From: Octopus vulgaris
Lineage: Eukaryota
Length of the DNA: 64,000 nt
Assembly (NCBI GenBank): GCA_951406725.2
Contig: OX597814.1
Span: forward strand, 220,286,001-220,350,000
Reading direction: 5' to 3'
Positions 28,415 to 42,164 of this stretch are shown piece by piece; the stretch's first letter is position 1; the number at the start of each line of letters is the position of its first letter. The notes beneath the pieces are model-generated. The model ran no database searches and was not told the origin of the DNA. It saw nothing but the letters and a program-made list of their open reading frames with translations. The position numbers and the translations under genes were made by a program.

Positions 28415-30020
28415 CAGATGGTGCTTTTTATGTGCCACTGGCACAGGGAGCCACTCAGCCGGATCTGGCAGTGATCCACGCATGAATGAATGGTGCTTAT
28501 CATGTGCCACCAGTACTGGTAACAGCCACAACTACAATTTCCATTTGATTGTGATTTGATTTTGATTTACTTGACTCAATAGGTCTCCTCAAAGCATGGA
28601 ATGTCACCTGACAATTCAAAGGTACTTTTTAAATGGGCTGGTTATACGACACTGGTGTAGGCTATGGCTGTGATCTCACTTTCCTTGCCAGGTCTTCTCA
28701 GTCACAGCGTATCTCCAGAGGTTTCGGTCTTTCGTCATTGATTCTGTAAGGTCCAGCGTTCAAAGGTCATGCTTCACCACCTCATCCCATGTCTTCCTGG
28801 GTCTCCCTCTTCCACGGGTTCCTTCCACTGTTAGGGAGTGAAACTTCTTCACACAGCTCTCCTCATCCATACATATCACATAACCATACCAGCAGTCATC
28901 TCTCTTGCTCACCACATCTAATGCTTCTTATATCCAACATTTCTCTCAGGGCTCTTACACTCTGTCATGTGTGCACATTACACATCCAGTGGATCATGCT
29001 AGCTTCATTTCTTTTGAGCCTATGCATGCCCTCAACAGTCATGGCCCATGTTTCACTGCCATGAAGCATGACAGTTCACAGACATGCATTGTACTATCTA
29101 CCTTTCACTGTGAGCAAGAGGCCCTTTATCACCAGTAGAGGTAGGAGCTTTCTGAACTTTGCTCAGGCTATACTTATTCTAGTGGCAATGCTTTCTGAGC
29201 AACCATCCCAACTACAGACTTGGTCACCTAGGTAGCGGATGCTATCAACTTCTTCTAGTTTCTCCTCCTAGCATGTGATGAAATCAGTTTTCTGAGCATC
29301 TGCACACAAAAGCTACCTTCCCGGTTAACTATCCTTTAATGTTGCTGCACCTCTTATGTGTCCATAGCTTACACTGAGTATATCTTATGGAGTTTCTACC
29401 TATACCTTTTCTACAGATTGAGCAGGGCCATCTACCTGAAGGGGTTTGTGATGTGTTCACTTTCCTACTTACTAGGACTTTGGTTTTTGCAATATTGACT
29501 TTAAAGCCCTTCGATTCTAAACCTTGCTTCCACACCTGAAATTTCTTCTCTAGTTCCAGTAGTGATTCCGCTATGAGAGCAAGGTCATCAGCACAGAGGC
29601 GTTCCCAGGGGCAGCCTATCTTGAATTCCTCTGTTATTGCCTGGAGGACTATGATGAATAAGAGGGGGCTGAGGGCTGATCCTTAGTAAACCCCTACTTC
29701 TACCCGGAAGTCTTTGCTATACTCATTGCCGACCCTTACCTTGCTAACAGCATCCCTGTACAAGGATTGTAGGTCTCTTATTAACCACTCATCAATCCCC
29801 AGTTTCCGCATCACCCACCAGATAAGGGATTGGGGGCCCTGTCAAAGGCTTTCTCTAAGTCAACAGAAGCCAAGTATTGGGGTTCATCTTTGGCCAGGTA
29901 TTTCTCCTGAAGTTACCGTACCAGGAAAATAGCATCAGTGGTGCTTCTACCTGGCACAAAACTAAACTGCATCTCATCTAAGCAGACTTTCTCCCTAATT
30001 AGTTGGTCTATAACCCTCTC
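28415..30020 (-). mobile_element. RTE-clade LINE, 5'-truncated and decayed (RT, zinc finger, 3' UTR)
   Basis: GSALSPLLFIIVLQAITEEFKIGCPWERLCADDLALIAES (YADD box) and WKQGLESKGFKVNIAKTKVLV...WPCSICRKGIGRNSI..QCKLWTHKRCS. Confidence 0.9.
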
Positions 30021-30235
30021 CAGGATTTTCATATGAAAAGGTGGGAGGCACTGAGTTACAAAACATTAAGAATCCCCATCTTAGATAAATAAAGAGAGGA
30101 TAATCATGGCAGAATTGCTTTTGGTAATGTCTACAAGGTCAAAGCTGACCTAGGGCTGAATAATAAAAAAAACTACACAGTATTCACATATAAGGTAATA
30201 GTAAATCTTTTACATGTTTTGTTTTAATATTGATT

Positions 30236-30400
30236 TCAAAATTTGGCACAAGGCCAGCAATTTTGGAGGAAGGAGTAAGTTGATTACATCAACCCCAGTG
30301 TTCAACTGGTACTTATATTATGGGCCCTAAAAGGATGAAAGGCAAAACTGACGTAAGCAGAATTTGAACTCAGTATATTAAAATCGATAAAATGCTGCTA
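30236..30400 (-). mobile_element. SINE family B, diverged
   Basis: Plus strand shows ccccagtg..caactggtactta...aaaggatgaaaggcaaa...gaatttgaactcag. Confidence 0.7.
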
Positions 30401-30458
30401 AGCTGCCTCATATTAACTAATATTAACAAAGAATAAATACTTAACACATCTGTAAACA

Positions 30459-30900
30459 GGCGCAGGAGTGGCTGTGTGGTAAGTAGCTTGTTCCCCATCT
30501 GTAAATAGGTGCAGGAGTGTCTGTGTGGTAAGTAGCTTGTCTACCAACCACATGGTTCCGGGTTCAGTCCCACTGCATGGCACCTTGGGCAAGTGTCTTC
30601 TACTATAGCCTCGGGTCGACCAAAGCCTTGTGAGTGGATTTGATAGACGGAAACTAAAAGAAGCCTGTCATATATATGTATATATATGTATGTGTGTGTG
30701 TGCGTGTATGTTTGTGTGTGGCCCCCTAGCATTCCTTGACAACCGATGCTGGTGTGTTTATGTCCCCGTCACTTAGCGGTTCAGCAAAAGAGACTGATAG
30801 AATAAGTACTGGGCTTACAAAGAATAAGTCCCGGGGTCGAGTTGCTCGATTAAAGGCGGTGCTCCAGCATGGCCACAGTCAAATGACTGAAACAAGTAAA
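30459..30900 (+). mobile_element. SINE family A with tandemly duplicated 5' end
   Basis: A 49-bp unit catctgtaaa.agg.gcaggagtg.ctgtgtggtaagtagcttgt occurs at 30447 and 30496. Confidence 0.9.
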
Positions 30901-31199
30901 AAAAAAAAAAAAGTACAAAAAAAAAAAGTAATGGATGATAGATTACTACCCAAGGGTGGCAAGTCTGCATTTGATTTAACAATTTCTGAGATATATGACT
31001 TTATGGATGATATTACAATGAAATCATGCTTCTCGTTTCATGCTAACAACATCGGAGTGATATTTTATAATAACAGAGCTATTACATGAGCCAACAACAA
31101 AATTCTATGAGATCAATTTATCTTCAAGAAATAGCGTATAAATCTCCCTCAAATTACACAAACTTAATTGCAAATAATAATAATAATAATAATAATAAT

Positions 31200-31230
<31 letters not shown>

Positions 31231-31580
31231 CCGGCAGATGACAACGTGTCTCTAAAAGAAATGGAGAAAATTTAAAAATACAAAGACCTGGAAATAGAGG
31301 TAACCAGAATGTGGAATCTAAAAACAGAAACAATCCCTATCATAGTAGGTGCATTAGGCATGATAAAAAAAATATTCAGACAAATACATAACAAAAACAC
31401 CAGGACTTACAAACACACATAACATACAGAAAATTGCACTACTAGGCACTGCACACATCCTACACAGAGCACTTTCCATACAATAACCATCAGAGCATCA
31501 CAACAACTCACAGCACATACCCAAGGCACACAGAGCTGCGCTCGGTAGTGAAGTGAAAGCAAACTATAAAAATAAAACTA

Positions 31581-31585
<5 letters not shown>
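31231..31585 (+). mobile_element. R4/Dong-like LINE 3' end (restriction-like endonuclease C-terminus) inside (AAT)n
   Basis: PADDNVSLKEMEKI*KYKDLEIEVTRMWNLKTETIPIIVGALG...IQKIALLGTAHIL, flanked on both sides by (AAT)n. Confidence 0.85.
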
Positions 31586-31620
<35 letters not shown>

Positions 31621-31623
<3 letters not shown>

Positions 31624-32102
31624 TTTTGTCTTGGTATAAAAGATGGGCTACAGCAAATATTCTGCTCAATACCACAGATTTGCTTGTCAGTTGTTTGACC
31701 TTAATCAGTTGAGTATGTCTCTTAGTGACTGACGATATGTGCATCTCTGATCACGAGTTGAAGTAGTGGGGGAGCATCATAGCCATGTGTTGAGAGGGAT
31801 TCTTTGGGGTTTGAATAATTCACCTCTGGAAACATGGGTGTTTCATTCAACATCCTTAAACAACCCTTATTCAGGGACCTTTCGAGTGGGATGGGTTACT
31901 TGACCTGAAGAAAATTCTAACTGGGCCCCACCTGCAAGGTCATGTGCTGTTTATCTTGTTATGAGATCACCATGTCACGCACACATGGTTGTGATGCATG
32001 TGCCTAGTGTACCCTTATCAGACAGGTAGTCATGATGGGTATACTGGGCTTTGTATATTTTACCCCAGTGTCACTTTGATGGCATGCACTGCTCTCTCAC
32101 TC
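31621..32102 (+). mobile_element. Unclassified interspersed repeat flanked by (AAT)n
   Basis: A diverged inverted copy of its 5' half lies at ~47890-48128, also abutting an ATT tract. Confidence 0.7.
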
Positions 32103-32169
<67 letters not shown>

Positions 32170-32330
32170 GAAGGATACAAAGGGTAATCCTCAACAAGAA
32201 TCCTTTTTAAATATCCATCTTTCATGCTGACATGGGTTGGACAGCTTGAAATGATCTGACAGGTCTGGGAACGGCATCATGTACCAATGTCTGCTTTGGG
32301 TAATGTAGTTCTAAATGAACTATGCCCATA

Positions 32331-32495
32331 GGCGCAGGAGTGGCTGTGTGGTAAGTAGCTTGCTAACCAACAACATGGTTCTGGGATCAGTCCCACTGCG
32401 TGGCACCTTGGGCAAGTGTTTTCTACTATAGCCTCGGGCCAACCAAAGCTTTGTGAGTGGATTTGGTAGACGGAAACTGAAAGAAGCCCATCGTA

Positions 32496-32533
<38 letters not shown>

Positions 32534-32755
32534 GTGTGTGTGTGTGTGTGTGTCTGTGTTTGTCCTCCTAGCATTGCTTGACAACTGATGCTGGTGTGTT
32601 TATGTCCTCGTTACTTAGTGGTTTGGCAAAAGAGACCGATAAAATAAGTACTGGGTTTACAAAAGAATAAGTCCCGGGGTCGAGTTGCTTGACTAAAGGC
32701 GGTGCTCCAGCATGGCCGCAGTCAACTGACTGAAACAAGTAAAAAAGAGTAAAAG
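32331..32755 (+). mobile_element. SINE family A, full length
   Basis: Matches family A consensus. Confidence 0.9.
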
Positions 32756-34525
32756 ATAGAAAAAAAAAAGACAGATGGGGTAGGTCATGATTGGAATGGT
32801 CAATCCAGACTGACCTGGTGTTGACCATTACCTTGTGAATGGAATTTGGTTGATGTCAATTGTGTGGAAGTCTATCATGCATGCATGTATGCATGTTTAT
32901 ATGTATGTATGCACGTTTATATCTTTCACCAATGAAAATCAGTGTACAATGTAAACATTGGTGAAACGCCAGGGCTCTTTAAATGAAATTCTTTACACTG
33001 AATTACAGATATTCTCTTGTCACTGTTGCCATCAGATATGCAGTGAACCATTAACAACCTGTTACCATTGATACTGTTGTTCACAAAGTGTGATATATAA
33101 TTAAATAAATAAATAAACAAATAAGAACATTGCACCCCTTCAATAATAATCCTGGTTTCTGAGCACAGAAAAATGTTAAGTTCTGAACATTACATAAAAC
33201 ACCTGAATGGCCAGCAAACAGAACATGGAGAAAAATATTTGACTAAAAGTAAGATTAAATATCATTTGAGCACTTATTATTACTGGGGAAAAAAGTACAT
33301 AAATAGAAGTGAAAATGTCACTAGGTTACAAGCAACACATCGTGTTTATCAATGACTATCCTAATTATGTCTCTGTCATAACAACAACAGCAACATTCTG
33401 AAAATAATACTGAAGAATTCACTTCACATTGCAAATAGTTATCACCATTATCATCATCATCATTTTAATGTCCTCTTTTCCGTGACTGCATGGGCTGGAT
33501 GGAATTTATTGAGGCAAGCAAATTTTCTATGGCTGGATGCCCTCTCTGTCACCAATCCTTACTTGTTTCCGAAGAAGATGATATTTCCTCATGGCCAGAC
33601 ATATTTTCACAAAACATTGGAGAAGAATGACATTGCTTGTATGATGGTGACATCCATTTAAAACAATAACATGATGTCAAGACAAGATACACACACACAC
33701 ACAATGAACTTCTTCAGTTTCCATCTACTAAATTGACTCACAAGGCTTTGGTCAGTCCAGGATTATAGGAACAGACATTTTCCCCAAGTTGTGACACAGT
33801 GGCACAGTGACACAGAACCCCAAATCAAGCAGATGGGAAGTAAAGTTCTTAACTACACAACCAGAAGTTAGAATCAAAATCATTCAGTTCAATAGATTTT
33901 TCCTTTCAGATTTCCTCAGAGCATGCTCAGCTGGTCCCCAAAAACTCAACAGTGTACCAATGTAAAGCCAATAGCTTGCTCATAGCACACACAAAAGAAA
34001 AGTACAAGTAAATAAACATCAACTGTGATATTAGTTTCAGTGTTAGACCACTTTAAATTTGCATTTAATAGCAGAATATCAACAGGAGATGTTGTTAACA
34101 TCTGCTGACTGCATAGATGAGTCAGTAAGAGAGCCTGAGTATGGTGGTCGATCTGCTAGAAATAAAAGACAAGTCACCCTTAAATTACACCCTTAAATTA
34201 ATAACACACGTGGACATGCCTACAAAGTCAGAAAACAACACAGCTCCCATGACTTTCGGAAACATTTTTTCCCGCTCAGAGTTGCTGAAGCATGGAATAA
34301 ACTGCCTGCATCAGTTGTTGACTGCCATGACACTGCATCCTTTAAGGCCCTCATGCTTTCCAAAATCCGCTGAAACTACACCTGATTTGTCCCCCTTCCA
34401 TACTCATACACATATGTGTATGTCATGACTCATGCACTGTTCTTTTCCTGATGCTTGTACATTACCCTATGTACTATACATACACTTTAGATGAGTTGTA
34501 GTGCACCTGAGCACTGTACACAATG

Positions 34526-34556
<31 letters not shown>

Positions 34557-35941
34557 TACACCCTGTCCTGCTCTCTTGAAAAGGGAGACACACATTCAAT
34601 AATGTAGTCCTAGAGAAACAATAAATGAAAGAAGAGTAGAGATGGCCATTACTGGAATACCTTTGATCACAGGTCTGCTCAGTCCAGGTATTACTTGGGA
34701 TGAAATTACTACAGCTGTAGATACCACTGCTGCTGTTGCTAAGACTTGTCTCTCGACAATCTTCAATCAGAGCTTCTAAAGATAAAATAACAACCCAAAG
34801 TGTAAACTAACTACAAAATTCCCTCTGTGCATCTAACATAACAAAACCATACTAGAATACAGTTTACCTAGTGTGCGGGATGTATGGAGTACAACTCAAC
34901 AACGGTAACATCACAATGGTATTTATTCATACCGACATGTAGCATCAGAAGAATAATAAACTCATCTGTTACTTCATAATCAATTCGAATAGCCACCATA
35001 AGAATAGGAAAATATTGAAATAAGATGCAGCAAGAAGTCCAAGTATAAGAATCCTTTGAAACACAATAAAATCCTGCAGTGTCTCAAGGCTGCCAATAAT
35101 TTCAAAACAAACTGTTCAAAACAACAATAACTGAAGCAGATAATTCTATTGTCAGAACTATCCAACCCATGCTAACTTAGGAAAGAGAATTTCAGATATT
35201 AAGAAACTATCAAATATGAGCTATTTAACATAAACTATATAAATTCTTCTACTTCAAAAGGAAGTTAGGAAGAAACAACAACAACAACATGAATTTTATT
35301 ACAGATTATAATCTGTATATTGCATTTGACCAAAATGAAGAATCTTCTGGACTAGTTAGTTGTAGAGAAAGAGAGAGACAGAGCTAGCAATGAACATACA
35401 TTATTTCCAAATTATTAATCAAGTGTGCTATTAAATGATGGAAATTTAATTAAAATTGAATGATGAGGAAAACTGAAATTATGATTTGAAAATTTAAAAC
35501 AATTATCGTCTGTGGTTTGTTTATTAGAATGAAAATTAAGCAAGATATAAGAAAATCAGAAGGAAAAAATGGAATGCTACTCGAAGCTATAAGATTTACA
35601 GATTTGAATCATAAGAGCTGGATGTATTCTTTGAATGGTTCCAGATCAATGTTATTTAAATTGTCTGCAACAGCCTGAGGTACTGAAACAGGTTCTAGGA
35701 GTACTGGAAGAGTGTTACATTTACAACACGAACAGGCTTAAGTCATTAATAATATAAAGATAAACATCAAAAGTTTAAAAATCAAAATAACATAGCCACT
35801 GGGGTAAAAGGCAATATGAAAAAAAGGTATGACAATGCTAGGCAAATAAAATTGCCCTACTAATGAGGTTAAATGTCATTAGTTCAAATTTTGACATTGT
35901 TTTGCCCTGGGCCAGGTCTAAATCAATGAATCTATCATTAA

Positions 35942-36161
35942 CCCTTTAGTGTTTAAACCGGCCATATCAGGCCAAAATAGTCTTCCTGTTTTATGCTCAA
36001 ACCAGCCAGCTCTGACCTCTCACACCTACCCTACAAAGTCATTCTAAAAATAAACAGGGACATCGTCAAAATCTCAGAGTTCCAAGATGCTGTACAATTA
36101 ATTTAAAATAATGTGATTAAACAGGCTTTACATTTGACAGAGGAATCTGAATGCTAAAGGG
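35942..36161. mobile_element. piggyBac-like MITE (inverted relative to 8195-8413)
   Basis: TTAA|CCCTTTAGTGTT...AATGCTAAAGGG|TTAA. Confidence 0.85.
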
Positions 36162-36194
36162 TTAAAGGTATTCTAGACATGATCATTTTATATA

Positions 36195-36428
36195 TATTTC
36201 TTTGCTACCCACAAGGGGCTAAACACAGAGAGGACAAACAAGGACAGACACACCGATTAAGTCGATTATATCGACCCCCAGTACGTAACTGGTACTTATT
36301 TAATCGACCCCGAAAGGATGAAAGGCAAAGTCGACCACGGCGGAATTTGAACTCAGAACGTAACGGCAGACGAAATACGGCTACGCATTTCACCCGGCAT
36401 GCTAACGTTTCTGCCAGCTCGCCGCCTT
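36195..36428 (-). mobile_element. SINE family B
   Basis: Near-consensus, CpG-rich copy. Confidence 0.88.
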
Positions 36429-37745
36429 ATGATCATTTTATATAGCCATGACTATATTATCCTTTGTGCCCGTTTTTTTAGACTATAAGGTGTGATTTGA
36501 GGAAGAATTGGTTGCTATTTCTAGAATGTCGATTAACCAAATAATCATTCCTTTATAGCATTGTTCAAATTCTTTTTTATTGCAAGCATTGTATTATATT
36601 GCTTGGTTTGACATCTTCTTTTTCTCTTCTATCTGTTCAGTTAGAAATATTATGCACACTCTAGGATAATATATTTGGTGCTAAAAAAGAAACAGTCGAC
36701 TTTAAAAGATTTGCAACAATACATTGTACACAAATGTCCTAGTTAGTAAACTCATTTAACTAATGTTCATGCAAAACAAACAAACCCAAAAGAACAGATA
36801 TAAACTAAAAAGGATGAAAGAGAAAAAAAAAAACTAAAACAAAAGTTATTATTTGCTGAAGAAATGGAAGACTGCCTGAAATAATTGGTAGAATATTCAA
36901 AATTTTAGGAAATGGATTCATGCAAAAACTTAATCACATGCAATATTCAGCTTTGAAACAATGCCAATATTTTTTCTTGTGATTTATCCTAAAACAATTC
37001 CATGTGTTTAAATTGCAGGGTATTCTATCTATGTATATGAACAGATAATTTGGTAAGTAAGAAAATATGATCAATGCTCTTGAGATTCTGTGCAGAATTG
37101 TCAGCAGTGACCATTATAATAATAACACTGAATAATATTCAGATTACCATATGAAGTCCCTAAATGTTAACATAACAATGACCTTAAATATATGTATGAG
37201 TGTGTGTGTGTGTATTGTATACATATTTAATATATACACATATACATACAAATACATACGCAAATATATATATATATGTATATATATATATGTAAATACA
37301 TATATATATATACACACACACACATACACACACAGACACACACACACACACAACAAGAGGTAAAAGGGATTAATATGCACGTTCATACATATAGATATAT
37401 ATGTACACACGCTCACATCTTGTCAAAAATATCTTCGGCAATCTTCCATCAAAGAACTTGGCAGGTCCATAAAGAAATTGTTTTAAATTTTGGATATTCA
37501 GCATTTCTGATTCCCAAGAGAAGAATAGAATGCTTTCCAATCTATTAAGAACTGAAAGCTCCATGTCTAATACAGACTTCAAAATGTGTCTATAACATGG
37601 AATTAAAAAAAAAAGTAAACAAAATAAAACAGTCTACCAGTAATTTGATAAGATATTCAAAGTATTCTGTATTCGGAAATGTCAACATGAAAATACTTTA
37701 TAATCACTCAACATTGCACCTATAAAATAACCATATTTTACTTCC

Positions 37746-37793
<48 letters not shown>

Positions 37794-38030
37794 CATACAT
37801 ATGTATAAATTTAGTGTTGACTGGTGGAAAAAAATGTACTCAATACCATAGTCGAGATAAATAATATTTTATTTTGGGCAAGTTGGTCTCTTGCTAATCG
37901 GAGTTTTGCCAATGAGTACACAGGGTCTTCAGACAAGTTATAACATGTAACTTGGCTGAAGACCTTTTGTACCCACAGGTGAAACTCAGTATAGCCAGAA
38001 ACTGATTCAACCAAAATAATATATATATAA

Positions 38031-38363
38031 AGGTGTGGCTGTGTGGTAAGACGCTTGCTTCCCAACCACATGGTTCCGGGTTCAGTCCCACTGTGTGACA
38101 CTTTGGGCAAGTGCCTTCTACTATAACCCCTAGCTAACAAAAGCCTTGTGAGTGGATTTTGTAAATGGAAACTGAAAGAAGCCCATTTTGTGTGTGTGTG
38201 TGTGAACACATGTATCTGTGTTCGTCCCCCATCTCTTTATAACTGGTGTTGGTATGTTTATGTTCCTCTAACTTAGCAGTTCAGCAAAAGTATTCAATAG
38301 AATAAGTACCAGCTTTTAAGAAAAAAGTACTGGGTTCATTTCATTTGACTGAAACAAGTAAAA
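38031..38363 (+). mobile_element. SINE family A, diverged
   Basis: Head and tail recognisable, internal deletion near the 3' end. Confidence 0.8.
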
Positions 38364-38448
38364 ACATTAATCAATTAATGTCTGTTGTCCATGTTGCCAG
38401 GTCCGACCCATAAATGTATATATACATATACATACATACATACATACA

Positions 38449-38494
<46 letters not shown>

Positions 38495-39040
38495 CATACA
38501 TATATACACATACATATATATACACACTTATATATATACATGTGTGTGCATAGATAGATAGGCAAGGTCCCAAAGTGTTTCATGGACAGTTATTTCTGAT
38601 ATATATATCACGTGATCACATGACCGACCAAACCATCAGATGTTGCTACACAACGCTGGTCACAATGCGTTCGCATTGTTTTAGCCTTCGAATGACGCCA
38701 CCCCGCTGGCTAAGTGAGCAGGCCATATATATATACACATATATATATATATGTGTTATATATACATACCCACCCACACACACACACACACACCTTTTGT
38801 ATATGTATATATATATATATATATATATCCCTTGTATATAGTGTAAGATAGATTTATTAATCTTCATTCTTGTACAACAGATTCCTGGATCCCATAGACA
38901 AATAGAAAATGGTGTAAATAATGTCAGATTGAAAGTTGTCATAGCATTGGCCTGACTGCAGCAAGTTTAAGACAAATCTTCAATATCTCTATCAGTACCT
39001 ATCGACATTGACGTCAATAATGATAATAGTAACAATGATA

Positions 39041-39073
<33 letters not shown>

Positions 39074-40149
39074 AACATCATCTTGAATTCATAGAATTTA
39101 CAATACTACAGCAGAATGAGAAAATTTGCCTTCCAAATTCAATTATACCACTTTATTTGCACAGCAATCTCTTCTTTTTGATTAAGTTTTATATCAATAA
39201 GCACTTTGAAGAATTCTTTGAAATACTTCAGAAAATTAAAGAAATTGACTAAAGGAGGGAAGCCTTTACAGTGTCCAATATCTGGCTGTATGTAATATTA
39301 CAATGGTGAGTATGATGACAACGGTCTATCTCAAATAAGGGGAAATTTAAGATGATATCAGTGATGATGGTGATGACGATGATGTGTGGAAGAAGAAAGA
39401 CATCGGCGAATTTTGTTTAGCATAAAACAGATTACAAAATGATGATAAGAATAATGACCAAGTATGTAATAGAGTGAATACAGCTCACTTTCATAAACTA
39501 GCTAATTAACCTTATAGCAAAAATTACGAACACTTCAAAACACAATTTTATTTCCTAGTGGATTTGAAAGCCAAATTTATCCAATTTCCTAATAAAGGAG
39601 AAACTATCACCAATGGAAAAAAGTTTCATTTTTTTCCTCCTACAATTTGATTTTATTCTCAAGATGATGTGTATAGTTAATTTTCATTTAATCCTGTTCT
39701 TTTGCCATTCTTGCATTTCTTCCTTTCTTTTCCCCCCCTTTTTTTTTTGCAGCTATAAATCTTCAACCAAGTAAAACTAATAATTTCTCATAGGGAGAAA
39801 TTATTGTCTTGTCATAAAGATGCTTGTTTTTGTCTACATAAATTTTGGTGGAATGGTTTTGGTTTTTGATTATGCAATAATTCAATCATTTCAAATACCA
39901 TATTAAACTTTATGCAAAACATCAAATTTATTTACTTACAATATGTCCAATTGAGATTCTTTAATATTTTTCTTGGATCTGCTTAAATTACAAATTCTGA
40001 ATACTACCTCTCTAAATTTATGAGTTTCCAAACTACATGTCCTTTGGATCTATGAAAACAAGCAGTTTTGATGACTAACACTACCCTTTAAGATATATAT
40101 GTGTATATAGTTTGAGTTTGTGCTAGTCAGAAGTACTACTGATCCTATC

Positions 40150-40837
40150 TTCCTAGTAAAACTGTAAATGCCATGCACAAGAATACTGTCAGTAAGTTAG
40201 CAATGAATACAGCATCGAATTTAGTGTACAGGTAGGAGTTCACGAAGGACCAGTTCTCAGCCTCCTTATGTTTATCAGAATCTTCCAGGCCATGACAAAA
40301 ATATTTAAGACTGGTTCCTCTTGAGAGATCCTCAACACTGATCTTGTTCTTAAAATTTAATCTCTTCTACAATTAAGGAATAAAATTCAAATCTGTAAGT
40401 CCTAATAAGTAGGAAAGCAGACAAATTACAAATCCCTTCAGTGAGAAGGCCCTGCATGATTATATAGAAAAGGTGTAGGTAGAAATTCTATATTGTGTAC
40501 CTAGTGCAAGCTATGGACACATAAGAGGTGCAACAGTGTCATATGAAGGTTAACAGAGAAAGTAGTCTTTACATGTGACTGATGTACAGCTACAATGAAT
40601 ACTAAGAATGTACAGGAAATGAACTTCCTCCAATGTCCAGGGGATCCATAGAAGTATTAGACAGCTTCAGTTACCTTGGTGACCAAGTTAGTTTAGTAGT
40701 GGAGAAAGATGAACTGAAAGTATAGTTGCTAGAATAAGAACAGATTGGGTAAAGTTTGGAGAGTCACTAGTTTTTTGATAAATGGCTTCTCTCTCAGAGT
40801 GAAAGGAAGATGTTGTGATGCTTGTGTATGGACAGCT
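40150..40837 (+). mobile_element. RTE LINE, 5' part (interrupted by an LTR element)
   Basis: Homologous to 28.7-30.0 kb (GVHEGPVLSLLMFI, LCT*CKLWTHKRC). Ends at ...DACVWTA and resumes at 43744. Confidence 0.8.
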
Positions 40838-41221
40838 GTTGTGGAGATTTCTGGCATCTAAATCTGCCCAAAGGAAATTGCTGGCATGTGAATCTGTCCA
40901 ACAGAATCAAATGGAATGTTGTAGAACTCTAGAATGTTTTAATGGCTTACTGCTATTATAAGCTGAGATGGTAGAGGGTCATTACTCTTTTTTGCTTTCG
41001 TTTTTTCTTGTTATACACTGCTTGAAAGACAGATAATAAACTCATCTGATGTATCACTTGTCCTTCTTTGTGAGGGAATGAGAGATGTTGATAATACAAT
41101 TATTTGAAAGGTAAACAACAAGTTTTGCCCATAAACTTCTGTCTTTCTATATTTCTGGTATCAGTTAAGTTGTTTTGTCAAGAGTTTTACAGATTATAAT
41201 TCTTTATTTTATCTGATAATA

Positions 41222-42118
41222 TGAGGTCTGATCAATAAGTATCCAGACTGTTGCCATAGTAATGAAGCTAAAGCATGCAGAGTAAAGCTGATTGGCACAG
41301 ATTGACCTCGTATTCTGCTGTGCATGCACACAAAGTTTTAACATTCTAGCTCAGCTCTACTGTTGACAGCAGTACTTGGAAGGAAGGTGTGTAGTGTGTG
41401 ATCATCGCATTGACCATGACAGAGAAGGTTGTCATGGTGATACCTGCTCAGAGGCTAATGCAAGTTTGCAGAAAGTGTATGGAGAGGAGTGTATGAGCTG
41501 CACACAAATGTACGAGTGGTTCAGGTGTTTTCAAAATGGCCAAAAAAAAAATGTCAATATAGACGAATGTTCTTGGAGACCCACAACCAGTAGAACTGAG
41601 AAAACATCACAGTTGTGTGTACAGCTGTGATGGAAAATTGTCAAATCGCTATCCGTTAGTTATCAGAGGATGTACAGATTAGTTACGGTTCAGTTCAGTC
41701 CATTATCCCTGAAGATTTGGGTATGAGACGCGTGTCTGCCAAGTTTGTGCCAAAACTGCTTTCAGCTGACCAAAAAGACACTTGGGTTTCAGTTGCACAA
41801 GATCTCCTTCATTGTGTTGAGAACAATGAAAAGTTTTTGAAAACTTTGTGTAGGCTTCTGGGCAAGTATTGCCAAGCTTTTGACAAAATTTGATACTGAT
41901 TCTCTGCTCAACTTTCTCTGTCATGGTCAATGCAACGATCACACGCTACACATGTTCCTTCCAAGCAGTGCTGTAAACAGCAGAAGTGAGCTAGAACATT
42001 AAAACTTAGTGCACATACACAGCAGAGTTCAAGGTCATTCTGTGCCAAGCAGCTTAACTCTGCAAGCTTTAGCTTCATTACTATGGCAACAGTCCGGATA
42101 CTTATTGATTGGACCATA
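41222..42118. mobile_element. Fold-back mariner derivative with long inverted arms
   Basis: TA|TGAGGTCTGATCAATAAGTATCC...GGATACTTATTGATTGGACCATA|TA. Transposase N-terminus on both strands (VYGEECMSCTQMYEWFRCF on +, MTEKVEQRISIKFCQKLG on -). Confidence 0.88.
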
Positions 42119-42164
42119 TATAATAGTCAGAGTTTTACTGTAAGCTATTTTTACCTTGACAGCA

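Noticed and set aside
35575-35710. Candidate extra minus-strand sdk exon (EPVSVPQAVADNLNNIDLEPFKEYIQLL)
   Set aside because: In-frame TGA with no clear donor before it and no Ig motif. The 53860 and 16256 exons already join in frame.
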